Shown piece by piece: positions 19,409-28,427 of a stretch of DNA of 59,756 bases. The position numbers and the translations under genes were made by a program. Position 1 is the stretch's first letter, and every line of letters starts with the position of its first letter. Below the pieces are notes generated by a model. It was not told the origin of the DNA. It was given only the letters and a program-made list of their open reading frames with translations, and did no database searches. The stretch spans positions 1 through 59,756 of the forward strand of contig JBDHDE010000012.1 of assembly GCA_039591655.1 (NCBI GenBank), in the 5' to 3' direction. Source of the DNA: Gemmatimonadota bacterium (GTDB taxonomy: Bacteria > Gemmatimonadota > Gemmatimonadetes > Gemmatimonadales > GWC2-71-9).

Positions 19409-19816
19409 TCAGTCGTCGTCGTCCACCGGGCGCCGCCGCCGCTTGAGGTCGGCCCTGCGGCGCTTCTCGGCGAGGCGCTGCTCCTCGGCCGAGCGCGGTG
19501 GCCGCGTAGTCTTCCGCGGCTTCCGCTCCTTCAGGGCATCGGCGACAAGGGCGCGGAGGCGCGCGGTCGCCGCCTCCCGATTCCGCCGCTGGCTGCGGCG
19601 CTCGTCGGCCACCACGCGGAGGTTGCCGCGGGCGTCGATGCGGCTGGCGAGGCGCTCCAGCAGGCGCTCCCGCTGGCGCTTGGAGAGGCTTGGGGTCCGC
19701 GCCACGTTCCAACGCACCTCGACGCGTGTCGCCGCCTTGTTCACATGCTGGCCACCGGGTCCGCCCGCTCGGCTTGTCCGGATGTGCAATTCGTCGAGCG
19801 GTACCGTGAATCCCAT
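19409..19816 (-). CDS. arfB: Alternative ribosome rescue peptidyl-tRNA hydrolase ArfB
   Basis: SRAGGPGGQHVNK (GGQ), RSQRRNR, basic C-terminal tail; start ATG 19816. Confidence 0.92.
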   Translation of the reverse strand: MGFTVPLDELHIRTSRAGGPGGQHVNKAATRVEVRWNVARTPSLSKRQRERLLERLASRIDARGNLRVVADERRSQRRNREAATARLRALVADALKERKPRKTTRPPRSAEEQRLAEKRRRADLKRRRRPVDDDD

Positions 19817-19871
19817 GGCACAGGGAAAGTTAGCCTGGCGCGCATGCCATCGTGAGGTCACCTTATCGCCC

Positions 19872-21023
19872 GTGAGTAACGACAGCAGCCCTCCCGGCAC
19901 AAACCCGACTCTCGCGGTCGTCTTCTCGGGCGGCGGTGCGCGGGCGGCGTACCAAGTCGGCGTGCTCCAGGCCATCGCCGAGTGCGCGCCCGAGCTCGAG
20001 GTCCCGATCGTGACGGGCGTGTCCGCCGGCGCCATCAACTCGACCTTTCTCGCAGCGCACCCCGGGGCCTTCCGGCAAGCCGCGGCGGACCTCAAGAGGG
20101 AGTGGGAGCGGTTGACCCCGGCTCAGGTCTACCGGGTCGAACCCGTGCGCGTTGGCCGCGCCATGACCCGTTGGGTGTTCAACATGCTTGTGCGCAGGCG
20201 CAAAGCGCCGCCGGTGCTGCGCGGCCTGATGGACATGGAGCCGCTGCGGCGTTTCCTCGGCGCCTACATGGACTTCGGAGGCATCGCGCGGAATGTGGAG
20301 GCCGGACGGATTCGGGCAGCGGCCGTGAGCGCCACCTGCTATAACACGGGGCAGACAGTGACCTTCGTCCAGGGTGTCGAGGGACTGCCGCTGTGGCAGC
20401 GCTACATGCGGGTGGCCGTAGGGGGACCAATCCGCGTCGATCACCTCCTCGCCTCTGCGGCCATCCCCTTGGTGTTCCCCGCCGTGAAGCTCGGTGAGGC
20501 GTTCTACGGCGACGGCAGCGTGCGGCAGACGGCACCCCTTGCACCGGCCATCCACTTGGGTGCCCAGCGCATCGTCGCCGTGGCCATGCGGGCGCGCAAT
20601 CCGGACGAGGTGTGCGCCCCGGTCAGGATGGAATACCCAGTGGCCGCGGAAGTCTTCGGTCTGCTGCTCCACGCGATCTTCCTCGATTCCCTGGACGCGG
20701 ACGCGGAGCGTCTCGGGCGGATCAACGATCTCCTGCGGGTCCTCCCGGAGGGTCATGGTGCTCCGGGTGGGGTCCGGCCGGTGGAGCTCCTGTTGCTCCG
20801 ACCGTCCAGGGACCTCGGGGAGCTGGCCCGGGGGTGTCGCGCCGAGCTGCCCGCCATGGTGGAATTCCTGGTCCGGTCAATCGGTGGGGCCCAGGCCAAG
20901 GGGTCTGACTTCCAGAGCTACCTGATGTTCCAGTCGGAGTACACAGGCGCCCTGATGGAGCTGGGGTATCAGGACGCCAGGGCCCAGGCGGGAGAGATCG
21001 AGCGGTTCCTGGCCGGGGGCTAG
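19872..21023 (+). CDS. Patatin-like phospholipase
   Basis: SGGGARAAYQ, GVSAG nucleophile, YGDGS catalytic Asp. Its stop overlaps the acnA stop (CTAG). Confidence 0.9.
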   Translation: MSNDSSPPGTNPTLAVVFSGGGARAAYQVGVLQAIAECAPELEVPIVTGVSAGAINSTFLAAHPGAFRQAAADLKREWERLTPAQVYRVEPVRVGRAMTRWVFNMLVRRRKAPPVLRGLMDMEPLRRFLGAYMDFGGIARNVEAGRIRAAAVSATCYNTGQTVTFVQGVEGLPLWQRYMRVAVGGPIRVDHLLASAAIPLVFPAVKLGEAFYGDGSVRQTAPLAPAIHLGAQRIVAVAMRARNPDEVCAPVRMEYPVAAEVFGLLLHAIFLDSLDADAERLGRINDLLRVLPEGHGAPGGVRPVELLLLRPSRDLGELARGCRAELPAMVEFLVRSIGGAQAKGSDFQSYLMFQSEYTGALMELGYQDARAQAGEIERFLAGG

Positions 21024-23965
21024 CGCGCCTTCTTCCTCCCGGCGGCCTTCTTGCGCTTCGGCCTCTTGGTCTTCTTCGTGGCCTTCTTCTTAGCCGCCTT
21101 CACCTTCTTCTTGGCACGCTTCGCAGATCTCTTGGCGGGAGCCGCCTTCCCCTTGGCCGTGCGTTGCCGAGTCTTTGCCGGTGCCGACTTCCCCTTGGAG
21201 AGGCTGCGCAACACGTAGGGCAGGATGCCGCCGTGCCGGTAGTACTCGACCTCCACCGGCGTGTCGAGACGGATCAGCACGTCAAACTCCACCACGGTGC
21301 CGTCTTCGCGCACGGCACGAACGCGCGCGGTGCCTCCGGGCGTCACCTCATTCCCGGCCACGCCGGTCACCGTAAACGTCTCCCGCCCGGTGATTCCGTG
21401 CGCGCCGGCGCCCTCACCCGGCTGGAACTCGAGCGGGATAACCCCCATGCCGATGAGATTGCTACGGTGAATGCGCTCGTAGCTCTCGGCGATCACGGCC
21501 CGCACGCCGAGGAGAGAAGTGCCCTTGGCCGCCCAGTCGCGGGAGCTCCCCGAGCCGTATTCCTTCCCCGCCAACACCAACAGCGGCGTGGCGTCGCCGC
21601 CGTACCGCATGGCGGCGTCGTACATGCTGGCCTGCTGACCGCTGGGGAGATACTCGGTCCAGTTGCCCTCGTGTCCCTCGACGAGCTTGTTCTTGATGCG
21701 AATGTTCCCGAAGGTGCCGCGCATCATGATCTCGTGGTTCCCCCGCCGAGAGCCGAAGGTGTTGAAGTCCACGGGCCTCACGTCGTGGTCCCCCAGCCAC
21801 TTGGCTGCCGGGGAGTCCTTGGGGATCGCGCCGGCCGGCGAGATGTGATCGGTTGTGACCGAGTCGCCAAGCCACGCCAGGATCCGGGCATCGGCAACGT
21901 TCTCCCTGGGCGGCGGCGTTGCCTGCATCCCGGTGAAGAAGGGTGGGTTGGCGATGTAGGTCGACGCCGGATCCCAGGCGTACCGTCCCTCGGCCCCCGT
22001 GGAAACCTGTAGTGACTTCCATGAAGCGTCGCCCTCGAACACGCCGGCGTACTCGCGCTCGAACATCTCAGGCTCGAGAGACGCGGCTACCGCGTCGTTG
22101 ATCTCCTCGACCGACGGCCAGATGTCCCTGAGATACACCGGCGTGCCGTCCCGGCCCTCACCGAGGGGCTCGCTGGTGAGGTCGATGTCGACGCGACCGG
22201 TGATGGCGTAGGCCACCACCAGCATCGGCGAGGTGAGGTAGCTCGCCCGGACCAGCGGGTGCACCCGAGCCTCGAAATTGCGGTTGCCGGAGAGCACGGA
22301 AGCGCACACGAGGTCGTGGTCGGAGATGGCTCGCGCGATCGGCTCGGCCAGCGGCCCGCTGTTTCCGATGCAGGTCGTGCACCCGTAGCCCACGACGTGG
22401 AAGCCCAGCGTCTCCAGGTCGCCCATTAATCCCGCCGCGCCGAGATAATCGGTCACGACCTTCGAGCCCGGCGCCAGGCTGGTCTTGACCCAGGGCTTCC
22501 GCTCGAGCCCTCGCGCCACGGCGTTCCGCGCGACGAGTCCCGAGCCGATCATCACCGACGGGTTCGAGGTGTTGGTGCAGCTCGTGATTGCCGCGATCAC
22601 CACCGACCCGTCCCGCAGATCGAACCGGTTGCCGTCGTACTCGATATCGCAGACTTCGGCGAGTGGGAGCGCGGCCGTCGCCGCAGCGGCCGGTGAGCGG
22701 CCTCCCTCGCCGCCCCAGCTGGCCCCCTCGCGCTCCGAGACCTCGCGCGTGGCGCCCGCCGGAATGAGGTTGGGAAGTACCTGGAGAAACGACTCCTTCA
22801 GCTGTCCCAGGGCCACGCGGTCCTGCGGCCGGCGGGGGCCGGCCAGTGAGGGCTCTACGGTCCCGAGATCCAGCTCCAGCACGGCCGAGTACTCCGGGTC
22901 GGGTGCCGACTCGGTGTGGAACAGGTGCTGCTCCTTGCAGTAGCGCTCGACCCGCTGCACGACGTCTCTGGGACGACCGGTGCGCTCAAGGTACACCAGG
23001 GTTTCGCGATCGACGGGGAAGAACCCGATGGTGGCGCCGTACTCGGGCGACATGTTCGCCAAGGTGGCGCGGTCGGCCAGCCCCAGCGCAGAGAGCCCGG
23101 GGCCGAAGTACTCCACGAACCGGCCTACAACCCCAAACTTCCGCAGCATCTGCGTTGCGGTTAGCACTAAGTCGGTGGCGGTCGCCCCCTCAGGGAGGCG
23201 GCCCGTGAGCTTCATGCCCACCACCTCGGGGAGCTGCATGAAGTAGGGCTGCCCGAGCATCACCGCCTCGGCCTCGATACCACCCACGCCCCAGCCGACG
23301 ACGCCGAGCCCGTTGATCATGGTCGTGTGGGAATCCGTGCCGACGAGCGTATCGGGGAAGACCGCCGTCTGGCCGTTCTGCTCAACGGCGCGGACCACGC
23401 TGGCCAGGTACTCGAGGTTCACCTGATGCACGATGCCCGTGCCGGGGGGAACCACGCGGAAGTTGCGGAATGCCTGCTGCGCCCATTTGAGGAGTCGGTA
23501 GCGCTCTCCGTTGCGCTCCATCTCCCGCTCGACGTTGAGCCGGAACGCCTGCGGCGAGCCGAAGTGATCCACCTGTACCGAGTGATCGATGACCAGGTCG
23601 GTCTGCACCAGCGGGTTGATCCGGTCCGGATCTCCGCCTAGCTCTGCGAGGGCATCGCGCATCGCCGCCAGGTCAACCACGGCGGGTACCCCTGTGAAGT
23701 CCTGCAGCACGACCCGTCCCGGCATGAACGGGACCTCGAGGCTGCGGTCCGGCTCCGGCCGCCACCTTGCCACTGCGGCCACATGGTCCTCGCTCACCAC
23801 ACCGTTCCCGGCGTGCCGCAGGACGTTCTCGAGCAGAATGCGGATCGAGAACGGGAGGCGATCTATGTCGACCAGGCCGGCGTCCACGAGCGCGTCGAGC
23901 CGGAACAACGTGACCTTGCCCTCGGGGAGCTCGAGGGTGGATCGGGAGTGGAAGGGATTCGCCAT
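21020..23965 (-). CDS. acnA: Aconitate hydratase AcnA with C-terminal Lys/Ala-rich tail
   Basis: LPFSIRILLEN, QDFTGVP, GTDSHT, AITSCTNTSNP and GYGCTTCIGNSG (Fe-S Cys), YGSGSSRDWAAKG, YYRHGGIL; then 59 extra basic residues. Confidence 0.96.
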   Translation of the reverse strand: MANPFHSRSTLELPEGKVTLFRLDALVDAGLVDIDRLPFSIRILLENVLRHAGNGVVSEDHVAAVARWRPEPDRSLEVPFMPGRVVLQDFTGVPAVVDLAAMRDALAELGGDPDRINPLVQTDLVIDHSVQVDHFGSPQAFRLNVEREMERNGERYRLLKWAQQAFRNFRVVPPGTGIVHQVNLEYLASVVRAVEQNGQTAVFPDTLVGTDSHTTMINGLGVVGWGVGGIEAEAVMLGQPYFMQLPEVVGMKLTGRLPEGATATDLVLTATQMLRKFGVVGRFVEYFGPGLSALGLADRATLANMSPEYGATIGFFPVDRETLVYLERTGRPRDVVQRVERYCKEQHLFHTESAPDPEYSAVLELDLGTVEPSLAGPRRPQDRVALGQLKESFLQVLPNLIPAGATREVSEREGASWGGEGGRSPAAAATAALPLAEVCDIEYDGNRFDLRDGSVVIAAITSCTNTSNPSVMIGSGLVARNAVARGLERKPWVKTSLAPGSKVVTDYLGAAGLMGDLETLGFHVVGYGCTTCIGNSGPLAEPIARAISDHDLVCASVLSGNRNFEARVHPLVRASYLTSPMLVVAYAITGRVDIDLTSEPLGEGRDGTPVYLRDIWPSVEEINDAVAASLEPEMFEREYAGVFEGDASWKSLQVSTGAEGRYAWDPASTYIANPPFFTGMQATPPPRENVADARILAWLGDSVTTDHISPAGAIPKDSPAAKWLGDHDVRPVDFNTFGSRRGNHEIMMRGTFGNIRIKNKLVEGHEGNWTEYLPSGQQASMYDAAMRYGGDATPLLVLAGKEYGSGSSRDWAAKGTSLLGVRAVIAESYERIHRSNLIGMGVIPLEFQPGEGAGAHGITGRETFTVTGVAGNEVTPGGTARVRAVREDGTVVEFDVLIRLDTPVEVEYYRHGGILPYVLRSLSKGKSAPAKTRQRTAKGKAAPAKRSAKRAKKKVKAAKKKATKKTKRPKRKKAAGRKKAR

Positions 23966-24072
23966 AATCGCGGTCAGGTTTGGGTTGCGGTTGGCAGGCC
24001 TGCGTAACAATAACACCACCGGGTGGAGGGGCGCGTCGCCGGCAGGGGACTGGTAGCGCGACGCCCATGAGT

Positions 24073-24116
24073 AAAAGGCGACCTCCGGATCCGGTTTCCC
24101 GAAACTGGAGGCCGCC
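24073..24116 (-). terminator. Intrinsic terminator between the structured RNA and acnA
   Basis: Minus strand GGCGGCCUCC…GGAGGUCGCC-UUUU (10-bp stem with one G-U pair). Confidence 0.7.
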
Positions 24117-24138
24117 CAGCGGACAGCAGTCCGCGAAA

Positions 24139-24340
24139 ATCCCTTCGTCTCCGCAAGCCCAACCCGTGCCCGGCCTCTCACAGAGGCCGAGGGGTTCGTG
24201 ACCCACAGCCTTGCCAGGCGCCCGGAGTAGGTGTTGGGCCACCTGCCGCTGCGAGTCGCGGGAGGATCACCACCACGCCGATTCCGGACACGGGCTCCTC
24301 CCGACCGCTTGCTACACTAGCAGGGGGCGGCTAAAGGGAC
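24139..24340 (-). ncRNA. Putative structured RNA, 6S-RNA-like rod with central bubble (boundaries approximate)
   Basis: Nested helices folded by hand: 24333-40/24139-46, 24307-12/24153-58, 24284-96/24161-73 (13 bp), 24264-70/24198-204, 24248-52/24205-09, 24236-45/24215-23. The imperfect pairs are G-U only on the minus strand. A terminator follows. Confidence 0.5.
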
Positions 24341-24347
24341 GATGAAG

Positions 24348-24668
24348 TCACCGTGAATGCGAATCGCCGGGTGCGCTATGCGGGTTTCGGTAGGGGCCGG
24401 CGCCGAACGGCGCGGCGACGTCGACGTCGGTGTCGGAGGGCAGGTTGGCGTTGACCAGGCGCCACAGAGGGCAGTCCTCGCGCCGCAGGTCCGCGCGGAG
24501 CAGGGGGCAGCGGCCGTCGGGGAGCCGGCACTGCTCCAGGCAGAAGCGTTGGGCGGCACCCGCGAGTCCGCCGGTGGTCCGCCGGGCCATCCACCTTCCC
24601 GTCCAGAATGAGACGAGGGCGATGGCGCAGCCGGATGCCACCATTGCGAGCACGCCCACCACTGTCAT
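24348..24668 (-). CDS. Small single-pass membrane protein with C-x3-C-x6-C-x11-C motif
   Basis: GGGAG RBS before ATG 24668, N-terminal hydrophobic helix, then CLEQC-RLPDGR-CP…EDCPLW. Confidence 0.6.
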   Translation of the reverse strand: MTVVGVLAMVASGCAIALVSFWTGRWMARRTTGGLAGAAQRFCLEQCRLPDGRCPLLRADLRREDCPLWRLVNANLPSDTDVDVAAPFGAGPYRNPHSAPGDSHSR

Positions 24669-24815
24669 GGCTTCTCCCGCGGGGGACGTCTCCAGACTGC
24701 CGGCCCGGGGCTGAAGAGAGGGTGAAGCCAACGTGAACACGGGGGTGATACTGTTGGCGCGTATCGCGTGCTATCTTGAAGTTCCAATCGACGCGATCAG
24801 ATGGAGACCCCCGAC

Positions 24816-26846
24816 ATGCCGCAAGCCGCAGTGGCGCGGTCCGCTGCACTGGACCAGCTGTGCGTCAACACCATCCGCACGCTCACCATGGATGCGGTCC
24901 AACAGGCGAACTCAGGGCACCCCGGCGCCCCGATGGCGCTCGCCCCCCTCTGCTATGTGCTGTGGACCCGGCACCTGCGGCACAATCCGGCGAATCCCGA
25001 GTGGCCCGGCCGCGATCGCTTCGTGCTCTCCTGCGGCCACGCCTCGATGCTGCTCTACAGCCTCCTCCACCTAACGGGCTATGACCTCCCGCTGGAGGAG
25101 ATCCGGAAGTTCAGGCAGTTGGGGAGCAGGACGCCGGGACACCCCGAGCGCGGCGTCACGCCGGGGGTGGAGACCACCACCGGGCCGTTGGGGCAGGGCG
25201 TGGGCAACGCGGTGGGCATGGCTCTGGCCGAGGCTCACCTGGCGGCCCACTTCAATCGGCCGGAGCACGAGATCATCGATCACCGGGTGTACTTCCTCGC
25301 CAGCGACGGCGATCTCATGGAGGGTGTCTCTCACGAGGCAGCCTCGCTGGCGGGCCACCTCCGGCTCGGGAAGCTGATCGGGTTCTACGACGACAACCAC
25401 ATCACGATCGACGGGTCCACCGACCTCACCTACAGCGACGACGTGGCCAAGCGGTTCCAGGCCTATGGCTGGCACGTGCTGCGCGTGGAGGACGGTAACG
25501 ATCTGGCGGCGCTGGATCGAGCCATGGCAGCGGCCAAGTCCGAGACCGGCCGCCCATCCCTCGTCATCGTGCGGACCCACATCGCCTACGGGAGTCCCAA
25601 CAAACAGGACACGGCCGCCTCCCACGGCGCTCCGTTGGGCGAGGAGGAGGTGAGGCTCACCAAGCAGAACCTGGGGTGGACCTACGGCGAGCCCTTCACC
25701 GTACCCGAAGAGGCTCTGACGGAGTGGCGCCGCTGCGTGGACCGCGGCGCCGAGCTGGAAGTCCGTTGGAAGCAGGCCTACCAGCGGTTCGCGGCGGCAC
25801 ATCCGGACTCGGGGGCGGAGTTTGAGCGCCGGATGGCCGGGGAGCTGCCCGAGGGTTGGGACGAGGCCCTCCCGGCGTTCGGATCCGGCGACGGGCCGAT
25901 GGCGACGCGTGCAGCGTCTGGCAAGGTGCTCAACGCCTTGGCGCCCAAGCTGCCGGAACTGCTGGGCGGGTCCGCGGACCTCGGCTCTTCCAACAACACC
26001 GTCATCCACGGCGCTCCTAATCTGGGTGCCGAGCGGATCGACGGCCGGAACATGTACTACGGTGTGCGGGAGCACGGCATGGGCGCCGTCATGAACGGCA
26101 TGGCGCTGCACGGTGGGCTCCTCCCGTACGGCGGCACGTTCCTGGTGTTCTCCGACTATATGCGCCCTCCCATTCGGCTGGCGGCCATGATGGGTCTCAA
26201 GGTGATCTACGTGTTCACCCACGACTCTATCGGTCTGGGGGAGGACGGGCCTACTCACCAGCCCGTGGAGATGCTGGCCGGTCTGAGAGCCGTGCCCAAT
26301 CTGATGGTGATGCGGCCGGGTGATGCTGCCGAGACCGCCGAGGCGTGGCGGGCGGCCCTCGAGCACCAGGGAGGGCCCGTGGCGCTGGTGCTCACCCGCC
26401 ACAAGGTGCCGCCCGTCGACCGCCGCCGGCATGCATCGGCGAGCGGGGTAGCCCGGGGCGGTTACGTGCTGGCGGACGCCGAGGGTGGTGGCCGGCCCGA
26501 TGTGGTGCTGATGGCCAGCGGCTCAGAGCTCAGCCTGGTGCTCGAGGCCCGCGAGCGCCTGGGGACCAAGGGCGTGCGTACTCGTGTGGTGAGCATGCCG
26601 AGCCTGGAGCTCTTCGCGGCCCAGCCGCAGGCGTACCGCGACGAGGTGCTGCCTCCGGGTGTGGCTACCCGGTTGGCGGTGGAGGCGGCGCACCCCCAGC
26701 CGTGGTATCGCTGGGTTGGGAACGCGGGCGACGTCCTCGGGATCGAGCGGTTCGGGGCCTCCGCTCCTGCGTCGCGGCTCTTCGAGGTGTACGGGTTCAC
26801 GGTGGACCGCGTAGTGGAGCGGGTTCGGGGACTGCTGCGGAGGTAG
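24816..26846 (+). CDS. tkt: Transketolase
   Basis: [31 protein letters not shown] (TPP), [16 protein letters not shown]; extended -10 TGCTATCTT at 24769-24777. Confidence 0.96.
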   Translation: MPQAAVARSAALDQLCVNTIRTLTMDAVQQANSGHPGAPMALAPLCYVLWTRHLRHNPANPEWPGRDRFVLSCGHASMLLYSLLHLTGYDLPLEEIRKFRQLGSRTPGHPERGVTPGVETTTGPLGQGVGNAVGMALAEAHLAAHFNRPEHEIIDHRVYFLASDGDLMEGVSHEAASLAGHLRLGKLIGFYDDNHITIDGSTDLTYSDDVAKRFQAYGWHVLRVEDGNDLAALDRAMAAAKSETGRPSLVIVRTHIAYGSPNKQDTAASHGAPLGEEEVRLTKQNLGWTYGEPFTVPEEALTEWRRCVDRGAELEVRWKQAYQRFAAAHPDSGAEFERRMAGELPEGWDEALPAFGSGDGPMATRAASGKVLNALAPKLPELLGGSADLGSSNNTVIHGAPNLGAERIDGRNMYYGVREHGMGAVMNGMALHGGLLPYGGTFLVFSDYMRPPIRLAAMMGLKVIYVFTHDSIGLGEDGPTHQPVEMLAGLRAVPNLMVMRPGDAAETAEAWRAALEHQGGPVALVLTRHKVPPVDRRRHASASGVARGGYVLADAEGGGRPDVVLMASGSELSLVLEARERLGTKGVRTRVVSMPSLELFAAQPQAYRDEVLPPGVATRLAVEAAHPQPWYRWVGNAGDVLGIERFGASAPASRLFEVYGFTVDRVVERVRGLLRR

Positions 26847-26850
26847 GGGC

Positions 26851-28401
26851 ATGGTGCAGGCGATCGGGGACGCGGTTGCGCGCCGTCTGACGGCTCTCGA
26901 ACGGGCTGATGCCATCCGGCGCCTTTGGGAACGCGACCCGACCCTCTGGAAGCACGATCCGGCGACCCCCGAACTGAGCGATCGGCTCGGCTGGCTCACG
27001 GTGACCTCCGAGATGGAGCGTCACATCGGCCCGTTGAGGGATTTCGCCGAGGAAACGCGTCGGGAGTTCGACCGGGTCGTGCTCCTCGGGATGGGGGGCT
27101 CGAGCCTCGCCCCGGAGGTCCTGTGGCGCACGTTCGGTCGCCGGCCGGGCTTTCCCCCGCTGCAGATGCTGGACAGCACCGACCCCGGGGCCGTCACCGC
27201 GGTGAGGGACGGCGGTGATCCGGAACGGACCCTGTTCATCGTGGCCAGCAAGTCGGGCACGACGCTGGAGACGATGAGCCTCTACCGCTATTTCTGGAGA
27301 GCCTTGGGTGGGCTTGGCGAGCAGTTCGTGGCCATCACCGATCCGGGAACCACCCTCGAGCGGCTGGCGCTCGAGCAAGGATTCCGGCGGGTGTTTCTCA
27401 ATCCCACTGACATCGGGGGGCGCTACTCGGCGCTGTCCCTCTTCGGGCTGCTGCCGGCGGCCCTCATCGGAGTCGACATCGAGAAGCTGCTGCGGCGGGC
27501 ACAGGTGATGGCGGACAAGTGCGCTCCCGATGTCCCGCTCTCCCGCAATCCGGGAGCCTGGCTGGGCGCAGTGATGGCGGAGGCTGCCCTGGCGGGTCGG
27601 GACAAGTTGACCATCCTCAGCTCGCCACGCATCGAGAGCTTCGGGTTGTGGGTGGAGCAGCTGGTCGCCGAGAGCACCGGGAAGGAGGGGAAGGGCATTC
27701 TACCGGTGGCCGACGAGCCGCTTCGTCGGGTGCGCGCGTACGGGTCCGATCGCCTCTTCGTGGTGTTGACGCTGGCCGACGAGCGTGGTGTGGGGATGCA
27801 GGGCTTGGCGGAGGCCGGCCATCCGGTGGTCGAGATCACCCTTGCCGACGAGTACGACCTCGGGGCAGAGTTCTTCTGCTGGGAGTTCGCTACGGCCGTC
27901 GCCGGGGCGGTGCTGGGCGTGAACCCTTTCGACCAACCCAACGTGGCGGAGAGCAAGCAGAACACCAAGAAGGTCCTGGCGGATCCGGCCGGTATCGAGC
28001 CCGAGTATCTGCGGCGACACGACATTGGGGCGTTCTTCGAGGCCGTCCGCCCGGGGGATTACGTTGCGGTGCTGGCGTTTCTTCCACCGAGCGAGGAGAA
28101 CGACCGGCGGATTGCCACCCTCAGTAAGGCGCTGCGAGATCGACTCGAGGCAGCGGTCACCTTCGGCTATGGGCCGCGTTTCCTGCACTCCACCGGGCAG
28201 CTGCACAAGGGCGGGCCGCCCAAGGGGCACTTCATCCAGCTCGTACCGCCCGAGGGCGATGATCAGGCCATCCCCGGGGAGCCGTATACGTTCGGGGAGC
28301 TGATCGCGGCACAGGCACACGGGGACCGCCAGGCGCTGGCGGCGCGCGGCAGGCCGGTGCTGCAGGTAACGGATCTCGACGCGTTCCTCGAGCACCTGTA
28401 G
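26851..28401 (+). CDS. pgi: Glucose-6-phosphate isomerase (Tal/Pgi-type PGI domain without the transaldolase domain)
   Basis: GMGGSSL, ASKSGTTLET, IGGRYSALS, EQLVAESTGK, NPFDQPNVAESK, GPRFLHSTGQLHKGG. Confidence 0.88.
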   Translation: MVQAIGDAVARRLTALERADAIRRLWERDPTLWKHDPATPELSDRLGWLTVTSEMERHIGPLRDFAEETRREFDRVVLLGMGGSSLAPEVLWRTFGRRPGFPPLQMLDSTDPGAVTAVRDGGDPERTLFIVASKSGTTLETMSLYRYFWRALGGLGEQFVAITDPGTTLERLALEQGFRRVFLNPTDIGGRYSALSLFGLLPAALIGVDIEKLLRRAQVMADKCAPDVPLSRNPGAWLGAVMAEAALAGRDKLTILSSPRIESFGLWVEQLVAESTGKEGKGILPVADEPLRRVRAYGSDRLFVVLTLADERGVGMQGLAEAGHPVVEITLADEYDLGAEFFCWEFATAVAGAVLGVNPFDQPNVAESKQNTKKVLADPAGIEPEYLRRHDIGAFFEAVRPGDYVAVLAFLPPSEENDRRIATLSKALRDRLEAAVTFGYGPRFLHSTGQLHKGGPPKGHFIQLVPPEGDDQAIPGEPYTFGELIAAQAHGDRQALAARGRPVLQVTDLDAFLEHL

Positions 28402-28427
28402 GCGAATCGCTTCATCCTCTCACTGCC

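Noticed and set aside
23966..24181. Long N-terminal extensions in the ORF track (acnA from 24181; likewise 7563, 19443, 20095, 34829, 50930)
   Set aside because: Artefacts of taking the first possible start codon. They run through promoters, terminators or neighbouring genes, and family homology begins at the downstream starts.
24150..24260. Assignment of the structured RNA as a c-di-GMP-I, SAH or ZTP riboswitch, or an IRE
   Set aside because: Only short partial resemblances (GCAAGGC…GGGUC, GCCAGGC, CGCCUGG, CUGUGA loop). The required conserved cores and GNRA/receptor elements are missing.
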